Shown: positions 15,342-23,540, counted from the first letter of the stretch. The stretch is 62,364 nucleotides of DNA from an uncultured Bacilli bacterium (GCA_934101495.1 CAKORG010000004.1:1-62364); one strand, 5' to 3'. Notes: a model not told the origin generated them from the letters alone. Numbers and translations are program-made.

Positions 15342-17129
15342 ATGGAAAGTAAAAAAACAAAAATAATAAGTATCGTTTCTTTAGTTGCACTAGCACTTAC
15401 AGTGGTAACTGCAACGTATGCATATTTTCAAGCCCAAACCGGAGAAGGTTCACAAACAGATATTAAGATAAATGCAAATACAGTTGATACATTTACATTT
15501 GAAACAGGTTCAGCTATGAGTTTATCTTTAGACCAAACATCATTTGCAAGTGGTACAGGAAACATAACTGGAAGCACATATGCCAGTGCAAAATTAACAG
15601 CTAATAATAAGACAAATACTGCAACAGAACATTATTATTTGTATTTAAATATAGAAAATAACACATTTACATATTCAATAAATGAAAGTACACCAGAAAT
15701 AATAATGACAGTAACTGATAGTAGTGGTAATGAAGTAACTAATATAAGTACACTTAATCATGTTATAGTAACAGGAGCAAATGGTGCTCAAGTATCAGGA
15801 TATGATATAACCAATAAAAATGGACTTATAACACTATTTAATAATAGAGAAATAACAACAACATCAAGTAAAGAAGAAAAATGGAATGTTAAAGTAACAT
15901 TTGTAAATTATGATGCAAGTCAAAATGGTAATGCAGGTAAGAGCATGAGTGCAAAGATGATTATACAAAAGGAAGAGTATAAAGTTTTATTAGCAGATTA
16001 TGTAAAATCACAATATACAGGAACACAAGGAGAAAATAGTATCTATTATCATGATGCAAACTTAACAAACGGAGCAGGTGACAATAGCTACAGATATGCT
16101 GGTGGAGATTATGTCTTAACGGAAGCAGGAAAAGCAACCGGAGCAACAATGATGATAGGATATAATAATACAGTAACAACAGCATTAATAGATTTTTATT
16201 GTAATGGAACGAAACAATATGTAGGTTATACATGCAATGCATCACAAGCACATTATTATTTAATAAAGGGAGATACAACACGGTATCAAACATATAAAGA
16301 AACATTAAATAAAGCAGTAGAAAAAGGATATTTGACAAAAGATAATGTAAAGAATTTTGTATGCTTTGGCTCGACAGCAAGTCCATGTCCAACAGAAAAT
16401 CTATATAGAATAATCGGAGTGTTTGGAAATAATGTAAAACTAATCAAATGGGATTACGCAAAATCAAGTTTACTAGGAACAGATGGAGGTTTTTCAGAAG
16501 AATATTCATCTTACTTTAGTGGAGAACAAGGAGAAAGTCCAACAAGTAATTCATCATATTACTGGAATAATTCAACACGAAAGAATACATGGAGTGAAAG
16601 TAATTTAAATAAAGTAAATTTAAATACAAATTTCATCAATAATATAGGAAATGAATGGGCAAACAAAATAGCAGAAACAACATGGAAAGTTGGAGGAAAT
16701 ACATGGGCAAATATAGCTGGAACAACACCATCAGTAGCATATCAAAATGAAATAACAAATGCAGTAACAACAAATACAACAGATGGAGCAAAAGAATACA
16801 CAGCAAAAATAGGATTGATGTATGTAAGTGATTATTATTATGCGGCAAGTCCAAGTGCATGGACATTGGTTGGTTATAATTCTAGTGATGCTACAAAAGA
16901 TTATAGATTTTCGAAGGGAGAAAATTGGCTATATGGAGGAGGCTGGGATTGGACTATTTCCCGTATTGCGGTCGATTCGGGTCGTGCGTTCTATGTGAAC
17001 ATCAGTGGTGGCGTGAGCGACGGCAATGTCTACTACGACAATGGGGTTCGCCCGTCCTTCAATCTTGAATCTGCCATAACCTATGTATCGGGTGATGGAA
17101 CTCAAAATTCACCAATTCGTATTTCATAA
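15342..17129 (+). CDS. Secreted protein with a SipW-type (TasA/camelysin-class) signal peptide; the C-terminal ~60 aa are encoded by a GC-rich patch
   Basis: The RBS is GAGGT. The N-terminus KKTKIISIVSLVALALTVVTATYAYFQAQT matches the hydrophobic core plus (T/G)xYAYF(S/T/Q) pattern of SipW-dependent signals. The C-terminus GVRPSFNLESAITYVSGDGTQNSPIRI resembles a recurrent Firmicute surface-protein ending. Confidence 0.6.
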   Translation: MESKKTKIISIVSLVALALTVVTATYAYFQAQTGEGSQTDIKINANTVDTFTFETGSAMSLSLDQTSFASGTGNITGSTYASAKLTANNKTNTATEHYYLYLNIENNTFTYSINESTPEIIMTVTDSSGNEVTNISTLNHVIVTGANGAQVSGYDITNKNGLITLFNNREITTTSSKEEKWNVKVTFVNYDASQNGNAGKSMSAKMIIQKEEYKVLLADYVKSQYTGTQGENSIYYHDANLTNGAGDNSYRYAGGDYVLTEAGKATGATMMIGYNNTVTTALIDFYCNGTKQYVGYTCNASQAHYYLIKGDTTRYQTYKETLNKAVEKGYLTKDNVKNFVCFGSTASPCPTENLYRIIGVFGNNVKLIKWDYAKSSLLGTDGGFSEEYSSYFSGEQGESPTSNSSYYWNNSTRKNTWSESNLNKVNLNTNFINNIGNEWANKIAETTWKVGGNTWANIAGTTPSVAYQNEITNAVTTNTTDGAKEYTAKIGLMYVSDYYYAASPSAWTLVGYNSSDATKDYRFSKGENWLYGGGWDWTISRIAVDSGRAFYVNISGGVSDGNVYYDNGVRPSFNLESAITYVSGDGTQNSPIRIS

Positions 17130-17134
17130 AAAAT

Positions 17135-17159
17135 GGTATATTGATTTGTTCAATATACC
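17135..17159. terminator. Bidirectional terminator between convergent genes
   Basis: A perfect 10-bp stem forms between GGTATATTGA (17135-17144) and TCAATATACC (17150-17159). It is flanked by an A-run (17128-17133) and T-rich sequence. Confidence 0.7.
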
Positions 17160-17528
17160 TTATTTCTTTTTGCTTTTCTTTCGTTTATTTGGACTTACAT
17201 AACCTGTTTTTCTTTTTGAGTTGTTACTTTTCTTTTGTGTAGTTTTTTTCTTTTTGCTTGAAATATTAGTATTCTTTTTCTTTGGCTTAGAAGGTGTTGT
17301 TACTTTTTCCTTCTTTGGTTCTTCTACTGGCTTTTGCTCTTCTTTTTTACTTTCTATGATTTTATCAAGTTTAGTATTTGATGATAGTCGTGAAGTACCT
17401 TTTTTAGCTATTTCTATTCTTTCTAATTTACTTAGTATTATCCACATAATCATGATAACCATTGTTAATAAATAAAGAGATATTAAAATAATTAATATAA
17501 TGTCAGTACTATCAAATGTTTTTCCCAT
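17160..17528 (-). CDS. Small membrane-anchored, extremely Lys-rich protein
   Basis: An ATG at 17528 lies 5 nt after GGTGAT. One TM segment (IILIILISLYLLTMVIMIMWIIL) is followed by a K/S/T/P-rich tail ending KRKKSKKK. Confidence 0.45.
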   Translation of the reverse strand: MGKTFDSTDIILIILISLYLLTMVIMIMWIILSKLERIEIAKKGTSRLSSNTKLDKIIESKKEEQKPVEEPKKEKVTTPSKPKKKNTNISSKKKKTTQKKSNNSKRKTGYVSPNKRKKSKKK

Positions 17529-17680
17529 ATCTATCACCACTCATGTAAATTATTATAGTATAAAATGCCTGAAAATAATAGTGATTTTACAATTGTTTAC
17601 TAAAATAAATGTAAATAAATTGAGCAATTTAGTATAATTTGTTATAATTGTGATAGTAAATGTAATAAGGAGGATGAAAT

Positions 17681-19435
17681 ATGAAAAAATTATTTTTAGT
17701 GTTTATTCTTGTTTTATTCCTTTTATGTACAATAAATGTTAGTGCTGCATCGTACACTAACAGAATTAAAGTTATTAATAATCAAACTAATTTAAGAAAT
17801 AATCCTGGTGGTAATGATGGCAGTAGGTTAGGCTTACTTTCTAAAAATGATTATTATGTATTAAAAGATGATAAATTATATCCAGATGAGAATAATCATA
17901 AAAATTGTAAAGGTGATTGGTATTATATGACTTACTATACTGGCTTAGATGGTTATGTGTGTAGTGATGATGTTGAACTTGTTGTTTCATATAGTACTGA
18001 TGATGTTGAACCAACTACAGAATGTGAGAAAGCATTAAGTGAAGCTGGTTTTCCATCAAGTTATTGGGGAGGTTTATGTAGTTTAAAAGAAAAACATCCA
18101 ACTTGGAATTTTCAACCTATTAAAATTGATTTGGATTGGTCTTATGTAGTTGAAAGAGAAAGTGAATGTACCAAAAATTATATTTATAAAGGTGTTTATG
18201 ATAAAACGTTTTTGGATGAAACTTGTACTGCAACATCACCGGGAGGATATGTAGCACCATCACAGACTGGAGTTGCTTATTATATGGACCCTAGAAATTC
18301 TTTTACAGAAAAATATTTGTTTCAATTTTTAGATCAATCTTATGATAAACTTTTGATAAATGATTATCCAAATGCTGTTGAAACAATACTTAATGGTACT
18401 GATTTTTATTCATATCATTTGAATTTAGGAAATAGTTTAAAAGATATTGTTATTGGTGGTAGTATTGATAAAGCTAGTCCGATAGCTATTGCATCAAAAA
18501 TGAGAATAGAACTTGGAGTTGGAACTTCACTTGAAAACCTTTATAAAGGTGTATATGATGGCTATGATAAAATGTATTTAGATTATTATAATTTCTTTAA
18601 TTTTGGTGTTACTGATAATTGTGTAGCTCAGAATGGTGCTACTTATTGTGGACTTAACTATGCTTATAAGTCTGGCTGGAAAGGTCTTGAAGTTGCAATT
18701 AAAGGTGGTATTAATCAGTTTTCTGGTGGTTATATTTTAAAAGACCAATATACTGGATATTTGCAAAAGTTTAATGTAGCCACTAAAACTGAAGGTGGTT
18801 TATTTGGGCATCAATATATGACTAATTTAGCTGGTGCTATGAGTGAGTCTAGTACAGCTTATAATGCTTATAATAAAAATAATTTGTTAGAGTTAAATTT
18901 AACATTTAAAATACCAGTTTATAATAAAATGGATGCAACAATTATAAATAGTGGAAATGGTGCTGTTGATAATGGGGATGATAAACCAGAACCAAGTACA
19001 ATTCCTATTTCTACGATTGTAACATCAAGTGGTTATAGATATACTTCTAAATATATTTCAAATATTGCTGTAGGTACTGATGTTTCTAATGTTAAAAGTG
19101 CCATTGAAGCTGTAGGTGGTAATGCAACTGTTGCTATTTTTGATGCAAATGGTAATGCTAAAACAAGTGGTTTAATTGCAACTGGTGATAAAGTTTCTAT
19201 TAATAATCAAAGTGAAACTGAAGTTTTAGAAGTAATAATTAAAGGTGATACATCTGGTGATGGTGTTATAAATGCTTTGGATTTATTACAAGTTCAAAAA
19301 AATATTTTAGGGACATATACTTTAACAGGTGCTTATCTTGAAGCTGCAGATACATCAAAAGATGATATGGTTAATGCTTTAGATTTATTACAAGTTCAAA
19401 AGAATATTTTAGGTACTTTTGAAATAGAACAATAA
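17681..19435 (+). CDS. Secreted putative N-acetylglucosaminidase-like wall hydrolase with a C-terminal dockerin
   Basis: The RBS is AAGGAGG and the signal peptide is LVFILVLFLLCTINVSA-AS. The central region YYNFFNFGVTDNC...YAYKSGWKGLEVAIKGG resembles GH73-type glucosaminidase domains (compare YNFFGIGA). The C-terminus holds a duplicated Ca-binding dockerin segment: DTSGDGVINALDLLQVQKNILG and DTSKDDMVNALDLLQVQKNILG. Confidence 0.6.
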   Translation: MKKLFLVFILVLFLLCTINVSAASYTNRIKVINNQTNLRNNPGGNDGSRLGLLSKNDYYVLKDDKLYPDENNHKNCKGDWYYMTYYTGLDGYVCSDDVELVVSYSTDDVEPTTECEKALSEAGFPSSYWGGLCSLKEKHPTWNFQPIKIDLDWSYVVERESECTKNYIYKGVYDKTFLDETCTATSPGGYVAPSQTGVAYYMDPRNSFTEKYLFQFLDQSYDKLLINDYPNAVETILNGTDFYSYHLNLGNSLKDIVIGGSIDKASPIAIASKMRIELGVGTSLENLYKGVYDGYDKMYLDYYNFFNFGVTDNCVAQNGATYCGLNYAYKSGWKGLEVAIKGGINQFSGGYILKDQYTGYLQKFNVATKTEGGLFGHQYMTNLAGAMSESSTAYNAYNKNNLLELNLTFKIPVYNKMDATIINSGNGAVDNGDDKPEPSTIPISTIVTSSGYRYTSKYISNIAVGTDVSNVKSAIEAVGGNATVAIFDANGNAKTSGLIATGDKVSINNQSETEVLEVIIKGDTSGDGVINALDLLQVQKNILGTYTLTGAYLEAADTSKDDMVNALDLLQVQKNILGTFEIEQ

Positions 19436-19449
19436 AAAGGAGAATTTAG

Positions 19450-20814
19450 ATGAAAAAAATTAAATTATTATTAATAAGTTTGTTTTGTATATTGGCATTT
19501 CCAAATTTAGTTAGTGCCGCAAGTGGTAAAATAAATGTTACTGGTACATCAACTGTAGTTGTGGGAAATAATGTTAGAGTTACAGTTACTTTATCAAGTG
19601 GTACTCCGATTGGTAGCTGGGAAATGTCTTTAAATTATGATAAAAATTATTTACAACTTCGAAGTACAAACTCTGAAAGTAATAGTACTCGTATGGCTGC
19701 TTCATCATCAACTGGTATAAAAAGTAAATCTTATACATTTACTTTTAAAACCCTAAAAAAAGGTAATACCAAAGTAACTGTAGATAGTTATTTAGCATAT
19801 GCTTTTGATGATTTAAGTCAGATATCTCTTACAAGCAGTAGTAAATCGATAAATATAATAACACAAGCTGAACTTGAAGCTAGTTATTCTAAAAATAATA
19901 ATCTAAGTTCTCTTGTCATTGAAGGTTTTACTTTATCACCAGAATTTAAATCAGATACTTTGGAATATAATGTAGTTGTTCCTGAAAATGCTAAAGAAAT
20001 TAAGATAAATGCGGTTGCTCAAGATAGAAAATCATCAATTAGTGGAATTGGAACAGTTACTGTAGCACCAGGTACAAATAAATTTAGTGTTGTTGTAAGG
20101 GCTGAAAATGGTGCAGAAAAAACATATACAATAAATGTTGAAGTAAAAGATGAAAATCCTATTAATGTTGAAGTTGAAGGTAAGAAATATACTGTTGTAA
20201 AATTAAAAGAAAATTTACCTGAAGTAAGTCTTTATGCTGAATATACAGTTAAAATAAATGATTTTGATATTCCAGCTTATAAAAATGAATATACTAATTT
20301 AGTTTTAGTAGGTTTAAAAGATGAAGAAGGTAATATTGGTTTATTTATATATGATGAAAAAACTAATAAATATAGTGGCTATCATGAAATTGGTGTTAAT
20401 AAAATAACTATTTATCCTTTAGAAACTAATGAAGAGATAAAAGGATATACTAAAGATGTAATTGAAATTAATGGTGTTAAAGTAAATGGTTATTATTATA
20501 CCAAAGACTCAGATTATGTAATTATTTATGGAGTTAATGTTGAAACTGGGGATAAAGGTTTCTATATGTATGACAAAAAAATGCAATCATTAATTAATTA
20601 TAACGATGAATATGCACTAGATTTAAATAAAAAAATAGAATTATATACTTATATTATCTTTGGTTTTAGTGGTGTATTTGTTCTAATGATTATTATTCTT
20701 ATTGCTTTAGTTAGTAAAAAAGGTAAGAAGAAAAATAAGAACAAAAACATAGTTCCAAAAGAAATACCTAAAGAAAAAGAAAAGTTAGATAAGAATACTA
20801 TTATTGAAAAATAA
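19450..20814 (+). CDS. Membrane-anchored protein with cohesin-like and cadherin-like beta-sandwich domains
   Basis: A signal peptide is present (AFPNLVSA-AS). The cohesin-like hallmarks are GTPIGSWEMSLNYDKNYLQL ... YTFTFKTLKKGNTKVTV. The cadherin-like beta-sandwich pattern is LSSLVIEGFTLSPEFKSDTLEYNVVV...GTNKFSVVVRAENGAEKTYTINV. The C-terminus has a TM helix followed by KKGKKKNKNK. Confidence 0.6.
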   Translation: MKKIKLLLISLFCILAFPNLVSAASGKINVTGTSTVVVGNNVRVTVTLSSGTPIGSWEMSLNYDKNYLQLRSTNSESNSTRMAASSSTGIKSKSYTFTFKTLKKGNTKVTVDSYLAYAFDDLSQISLTSSSKSINIITQAELEASYSKNNNLSSLVIEGFTLSPEFKSDTLEYNVVVPENAKEIKINAVAQDRKSSISGIGTVTVAPGTNKFSVVVRAENGAEKTYTINVEVKDENPINVEVEGKKYTVVKLKENLPEVSLYAEYTVKINDFDIPAYKNEYTNLVLVGLKDEEGNIGLFIYDEKTNKYSGYHEIGVNKITIYPLETNEEIKGYTKDVIEINGVKVNGYYYTKDSDYVIIYGVNVETGDKGFYMYDKKMQSLINYNDEYALDLNKKIELYTYIIFGFSGVFVLMIIILIALVSKKGKKKNKNKNIVPKEIPKEKEKLDKNTIIEK

Positions 20815-20831
20815 TAGTGTTTTTTTTAAAT

Positions 20832-20854
20832 AAAAAACTAGACATAAGTCTAGT
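20832..20854 (-). terminator. Terminator downstream of tRNA-Leu
   Basis: On the minus strand, ACTAGAC-TTAT-GTCTAGT (20837-20854) is followed by TTTTT (complement of 20832-20836). Confidence 0.55.
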
Positions 20855-20866
20855 AAATATTCTATA

Positions 20867-20953
20867 TGGTGCCTGTATCCAGACTTGAACTGGAACTCCA
20901 CTAGTGAAAATAGATTTTGAGTCTATCGCGTCTACCAATTCCGCCATACAGGC
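20867..20953 (-). tRNA. tRNA-Leu (anticodon CAA), CCA encoded
   Basis: The reverse complement is GCCTGTATGGCGGAATTGGTAGACGCGATAGACTCAAAATCTATTTTCACTAGTGGAGTTCCAGTTCAAGTCTGGATACAGGCACCA. The anticodon stem ATAGA/TCTAT carries the loop CTCAAAA. It has a long variable arm and the T arm TCCAG-TTCAAGT-CTGGA. The length is 87 nt. Confidence 0.9.
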
Positions 20954-20965
20954 AAGTGCATAATC

Positions 20966-20974
20966 ATTATAACA
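20966..20974 (-). promoter_or_regulatory. Extended -10 promoter element for tRNA-Leu
   Basis: The minus strand reads TGtTATAAT. The -10 ends 12 nt upstream of the tRNA 5' end. Confidence 0.45.
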
Positions 20975-21061
20975 TACTTTTTATATTTGTGGTAGTATTT
21001 TTTTAAATTTATATAACTTGTAAATAAAGTGTCAAGTGTAAATGAGATAAATGACATGTTT

Positions 21062-21068
21062 TGTCGAA
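21062..21068 (+). promoter_or_regulatory. Spo0A-box-like heptamer TGTCGAA upstream of the spoIIAA-like gene
   Basis: This is an exact match to the Bacillus 0A-box consensus TGTCGAA, 55 nt upstream of the ATG at 21123. In B. subtilis the spoIIA operon is Spo0A-activated. A single 7-mer can also occur by chance. Confidence 0.35.
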
Positions 21069-21122
21069 TGTGTTTAAAACTTTTAAATAATACTCTAAAC
21101 TAATATGTAAGGAGAGAGAATA

Positions 21123-21458
21123 ATGTTTAAGTTAGAGCTGGAGTATAAAAATGAAATATTATTTGCAAGACTTAAAGGAATATTAGATAGGAAAGCAAGT
21201 TATAAAATTAATAATTATTTAAATCCAGTTATTAAGAAACATGAAATTAAGAATTTAGTATATAATTTTGAAAAATTAGAAATGGTTGATAATTCAGGAA
21301 TAGAAGCTCTCATTAATAGTAAATATTATATTAAATGTAATAAAGGTGCTATTAAAGTATGTGGTGTTAGTAATGCTAATTTGTATTTGTGTAAGTATTT
21401 GAAGTTTCCCGTTGTAAAAACAGAAGTAGATGCTTATAGAGAAATGGAGGCATTATAA
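21123..21458 (+). CDS. spoIIAA: STAS-domain anti-sigma-factor antagonist (SpoIIAA-like)
   Basis: It is 111 aa with the RBS AAGGAGAG. The STAS pattern is LFARLKGILD...LVYNFEKLEMVDNSGIEALI...GAIKVCGVS. It sits directly upstream of a SigF-like sigma factor and the spoVA genes. Confidence 0.7.
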   Translation: MFKLELEYKNEILFARLKGILDRKASYKINNYLNPVIKKHEIKNLVYNFEKLEMVDNSGIEALINSKYYIKCNKGAIKVCGVSNANLYLCKYLKFPVVKTEVDAYREMEAL

Positions 21459-22103
21459 ATGTTGGAAGAATTAATTAAATCTAGTACAGGACTTATTTGG
21501 ACAATAGCTAAAAAGTTTTATGGTGTTGATAAAAATGATTTGTATCAAGCTGGTGTTCTTGGTGTGATTAAAGCATATCAAAATTATGTAGATGATGGCA
21601 AAAGTAAATTTAGTACTTATGCTTATAATTATATATTCGGAGAAATGTATAGTTTGGCAAATAATAGAGAAATTAAATTAAATAAAGATATAAATAGATT
21701 ATTTAAAATGATTGAATTAGGAAAAGCTAGACTTTCTCAAGAAATAATGAAAATGCCATCAAATAAAGAACTTGCTGCATATCTTGAAATGGAAGAAGAA
21801 AAATTAGAACAAGTTTTAAGTTATGCAAATAGTTTTGTATCAATGGATGAAGTGTGTGATGAAGAGCGAAGTTTACATGAAGTTATAGCGGAGGAAGAAA
21901 GTGTTAGTGTAGATGAAAGACTTGAGCTTAAAAATAGTATAAATTCTTTAGATGCTATAGAAAAAGATATTATTAAAAGTCGTTATTATGAGGATTTAAC
22001 TCAAAGTGAAACAGCTAGAAAATTAGGTATTACTCAAGTAATGGTATCAAGATATGAAAAAAGAAGTTTAACTAAAATGAGAGATTATATGTATAGCAGA
22101 TAG
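21459..22103 (+). CDS. Sporulation-type group-3 sigma factor (SigF/SigG-like), 214 aa
   Basis: Region 2 is DLYQAGVLGVIKAYQNY...FSTYAYNYIFGEM. The region 4 HTH LTQSETARKLGITQVMVSRYEKRSL closely resembles the SigF/G ISQVQVSRLEKK segment. The start codon immediately follows the spoIIAA-like TAA. Confidence 0.75.
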   Translation: MLEELIKSSTGLIWTIAKKFYGVDKNDLYQAGVLGVIKAYQNYVDDGKSKFSTYAYNYIFGEMYSLANNREIKLNKDINRLFKMIELGKARLSQEIMKMPSNKELAAYLEMEEEKLEQVLSYANSFVSMDEVCDEERSLHEVIAEEESVSVDERLELKNSINSLDAIEKDIIKSRYYEDLTQSETARKLGITQVMVSRYEKRSLTKMRDYMYSR

Positions 22104-22119
22104 AAATTCATTCATAATA
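22091..22119 (+). promoter_or_regulatory. Forespore-type (sigma-G/F-like) promoter candidate for spoVA genes
   Basis: GTATA (22091-22095), a 17-nt spacer, then CATAATA (22113-22119). This fits the B. subtilis sigma-G consensus GHATR-N17/18-CATxxTA. It overlaps the 3' end of the sigma gene. Confidence 0.45.
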
Positions 22120-22135
22120 ATAATGGTGAATATTT

Positions 22136-22573
22136 ATGAATAAAGAGGATTATAAAGCGTTAGTCAAAAAGCATACTCCGAAGGAACCTAAATTAAGAAA
22201 TTTTGGAGTGGCTTTTTTAGTGGGCGGATTAATTGGCCTTTTAGCAGAAGTTGTATCCATGATTTTAAGAAATTGTTTTGCTTTTTCAAGTGTAGAAGCA
22301 GGACTTATTGTTGCTCTTTTTGTTATTGGGGTTGCATCACTTTTTACAGCACTCGGCTTTTTTGATAGCTGGGTAAGTAAATGTAAATGTGGTTTAATAA
22401 TGCCTACGACAGGATTTGCACATAGTGTTGCATCTAGTGCCCTAGAGTATAAAAAAGATGGACTTATTACTGGGCTTGGTTCAAACTTTTTTAAACTTGC
22501 TGGTTCAGTAATTTTATATGGTATTATTTCAGCATTTCTCCTTGTGATTGTGAGGTTGGTTATAGGTGGCTAG
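22136..22573 (+). CDS. spoVAC: Stage V sporulation protein AC
   Basis: FLVGGLIGLLAEV...PTTGFAHSVASSALEYKKDGLITGLGSNFFKLAGSVI is collinear with B. subtilis SpoVAC as I recall it. Confidence 0.9.
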   Translation: MNKEDYKALVKKHTPKEPKLRNFGVAFLVGGLIGLLAEVVSMILRNCFAFSSVEAGLIVALFVIGVASLFTALGFFDSWVSKCKCGLIMPTTGFAHSVASSALEYKKDGLITGLGSNFFKLAGSVILYGIISAFLLVIVRLVIGG

Positions 22574-23540
22574 TCTTAAATTTAAAAATGTTTATTTAAA
22601 TGATTATTATACTGTTGTTGGACCTTTAGAAAAAAATAGTCATTTAAGAAGACTTGATTTAGTGATGGATGATTATTATATTGGTGAAAAAACTTTTGAA
22701 CAAGCTGAAGTTAAGATGCAACAGTTAGTTATTGATAATATTATTGGCAAAAATAATTTAGCAATAAGTGATATTGATTTACTTGTTGGTGGTGATTTAA
22801 CTAACCAAATTGCTATTAGTAATTATAGTGCTAAAAATTATAATATTCCATTTTTAGGGCTTTATTCTGCTTGTGCAACATTTGCTGAAAGTTTAATTGT
22901 TGCATCTTGTATGATTGATAGTGGTAAAATAAAAAAAGCAATTAGTATTACAAGTAGTCATAATTTAACTGCAGAAAGACAGTTTAGATATCCAGTTGAA
23001 TATGGAGCACCAAAACCACATACTGCAACATTTACAACAACTGGGGCTGTATCAACTCTTTTAAGTAAAAATTATAGTAAAATAAGACTTGAAAGTGCTA
23101 CGATTGGTGTACCAGTTGATTTAGGTGTGCTTGATGCCAATAATATGGGAGCAGCTATGGCACCCGCAGCAGCTTCAACTATTGCATCACACTTAGCTGC
23201 ACTTAAAAGAGATGCAAATTATTATGATTTGATTTTAACTGGTGATTTGGGTTGTGTTGGAAGTGAAATACTTAAAGATTATTTGAAAATGGTATATAAT
23301 ATAAACCTCAAAAAATATTTGGATGCTGGATGTGAACTATATTTGGATAGTCAACCAACTTATGCTGGAGGAAGTGGACCAGCTTGTTTACCTATAGTTT
23401 TATTTAATAAAATATTGCTTAATAAAAAGTATAAAAAAATATTAATAGTTGCAACTGGAGCTTTACATAGTCCAACAACTGTTAATCAACGTGGAACAAT
23501 TCCTTCGATTGCTCATGCAGTAAGTTTGGAGGTGGAATAA
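22566..23540 (+). CDS. spoVAD: Stage V sporulation protein AD (thiolase-fold)
   Basis: GDLTNQIAISNY, SSHNLTAERQFRYPVEYGAPKP, MGAAMAPAAASTI, DLILTGDLG, YAGGSGPAC and VATGALHSPT match SpoVAD. The start is a GTG that overlaps the spoVAC end. Confidence 0.9.
   Translation: MASLKFKNVYLNDYYTVVGPLEKNSHLRRLDLVMDDYYIGEKTFEQAEVKMQQLVIDNIIGKNNLAISDIDLLVGGDLTNQIAISNYSAKNYNIPFLGLYSACATFAESLIVASCMIDSGKIKKAISITSSHNLTAERQFRYPVEYGAPKPHTATFTTTGAVSTLLSKNYSKIRLESATIGVPVDLGVLDANNMGAAMAPAAASTIASHLAALKRDANYYDLILTGDLGCVGSEILKDYLKMVYNINLKKYLDAGCELYLDSQPTYAGGSGPACLPIVLFNKILLNKKYKKILIVATGALHSPTTVNQRGTIPSIAHAVSLEVE

Noticed and set aside
15961-16392. Long antisense ORFs inside well-supported genes. Examples are 651-848, 3745-3954, 4017-4235, 14003-14188, 15961-16392, 16636-16866, 17221-17475, 25273-25464, 26008-26196, 28926-29279, 30502-30714, 31289-31519, 34725-34961, 37303-37527, 42314-42571, 43744-44091, 44088-44312, 44553-45375, 51719-51910, 53397-53579, 55973-56281 and 59898-60146.
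   Set aside because: Each overlaps a gene with strong motif support on the other strand or in another frame. They lack RBS sequences, and their products are low-complexity L/F/I/S-rich strings, as expected from the complement of AT-rich coding DNA.
19249-19420. Near-identical ~50-bp DNA duplication at the 3' end of the 17681 gene
   Set aside because: It is not an independent repeat element. It is the normal internal duplication of the two Ca-binding segments of a dockerin module.
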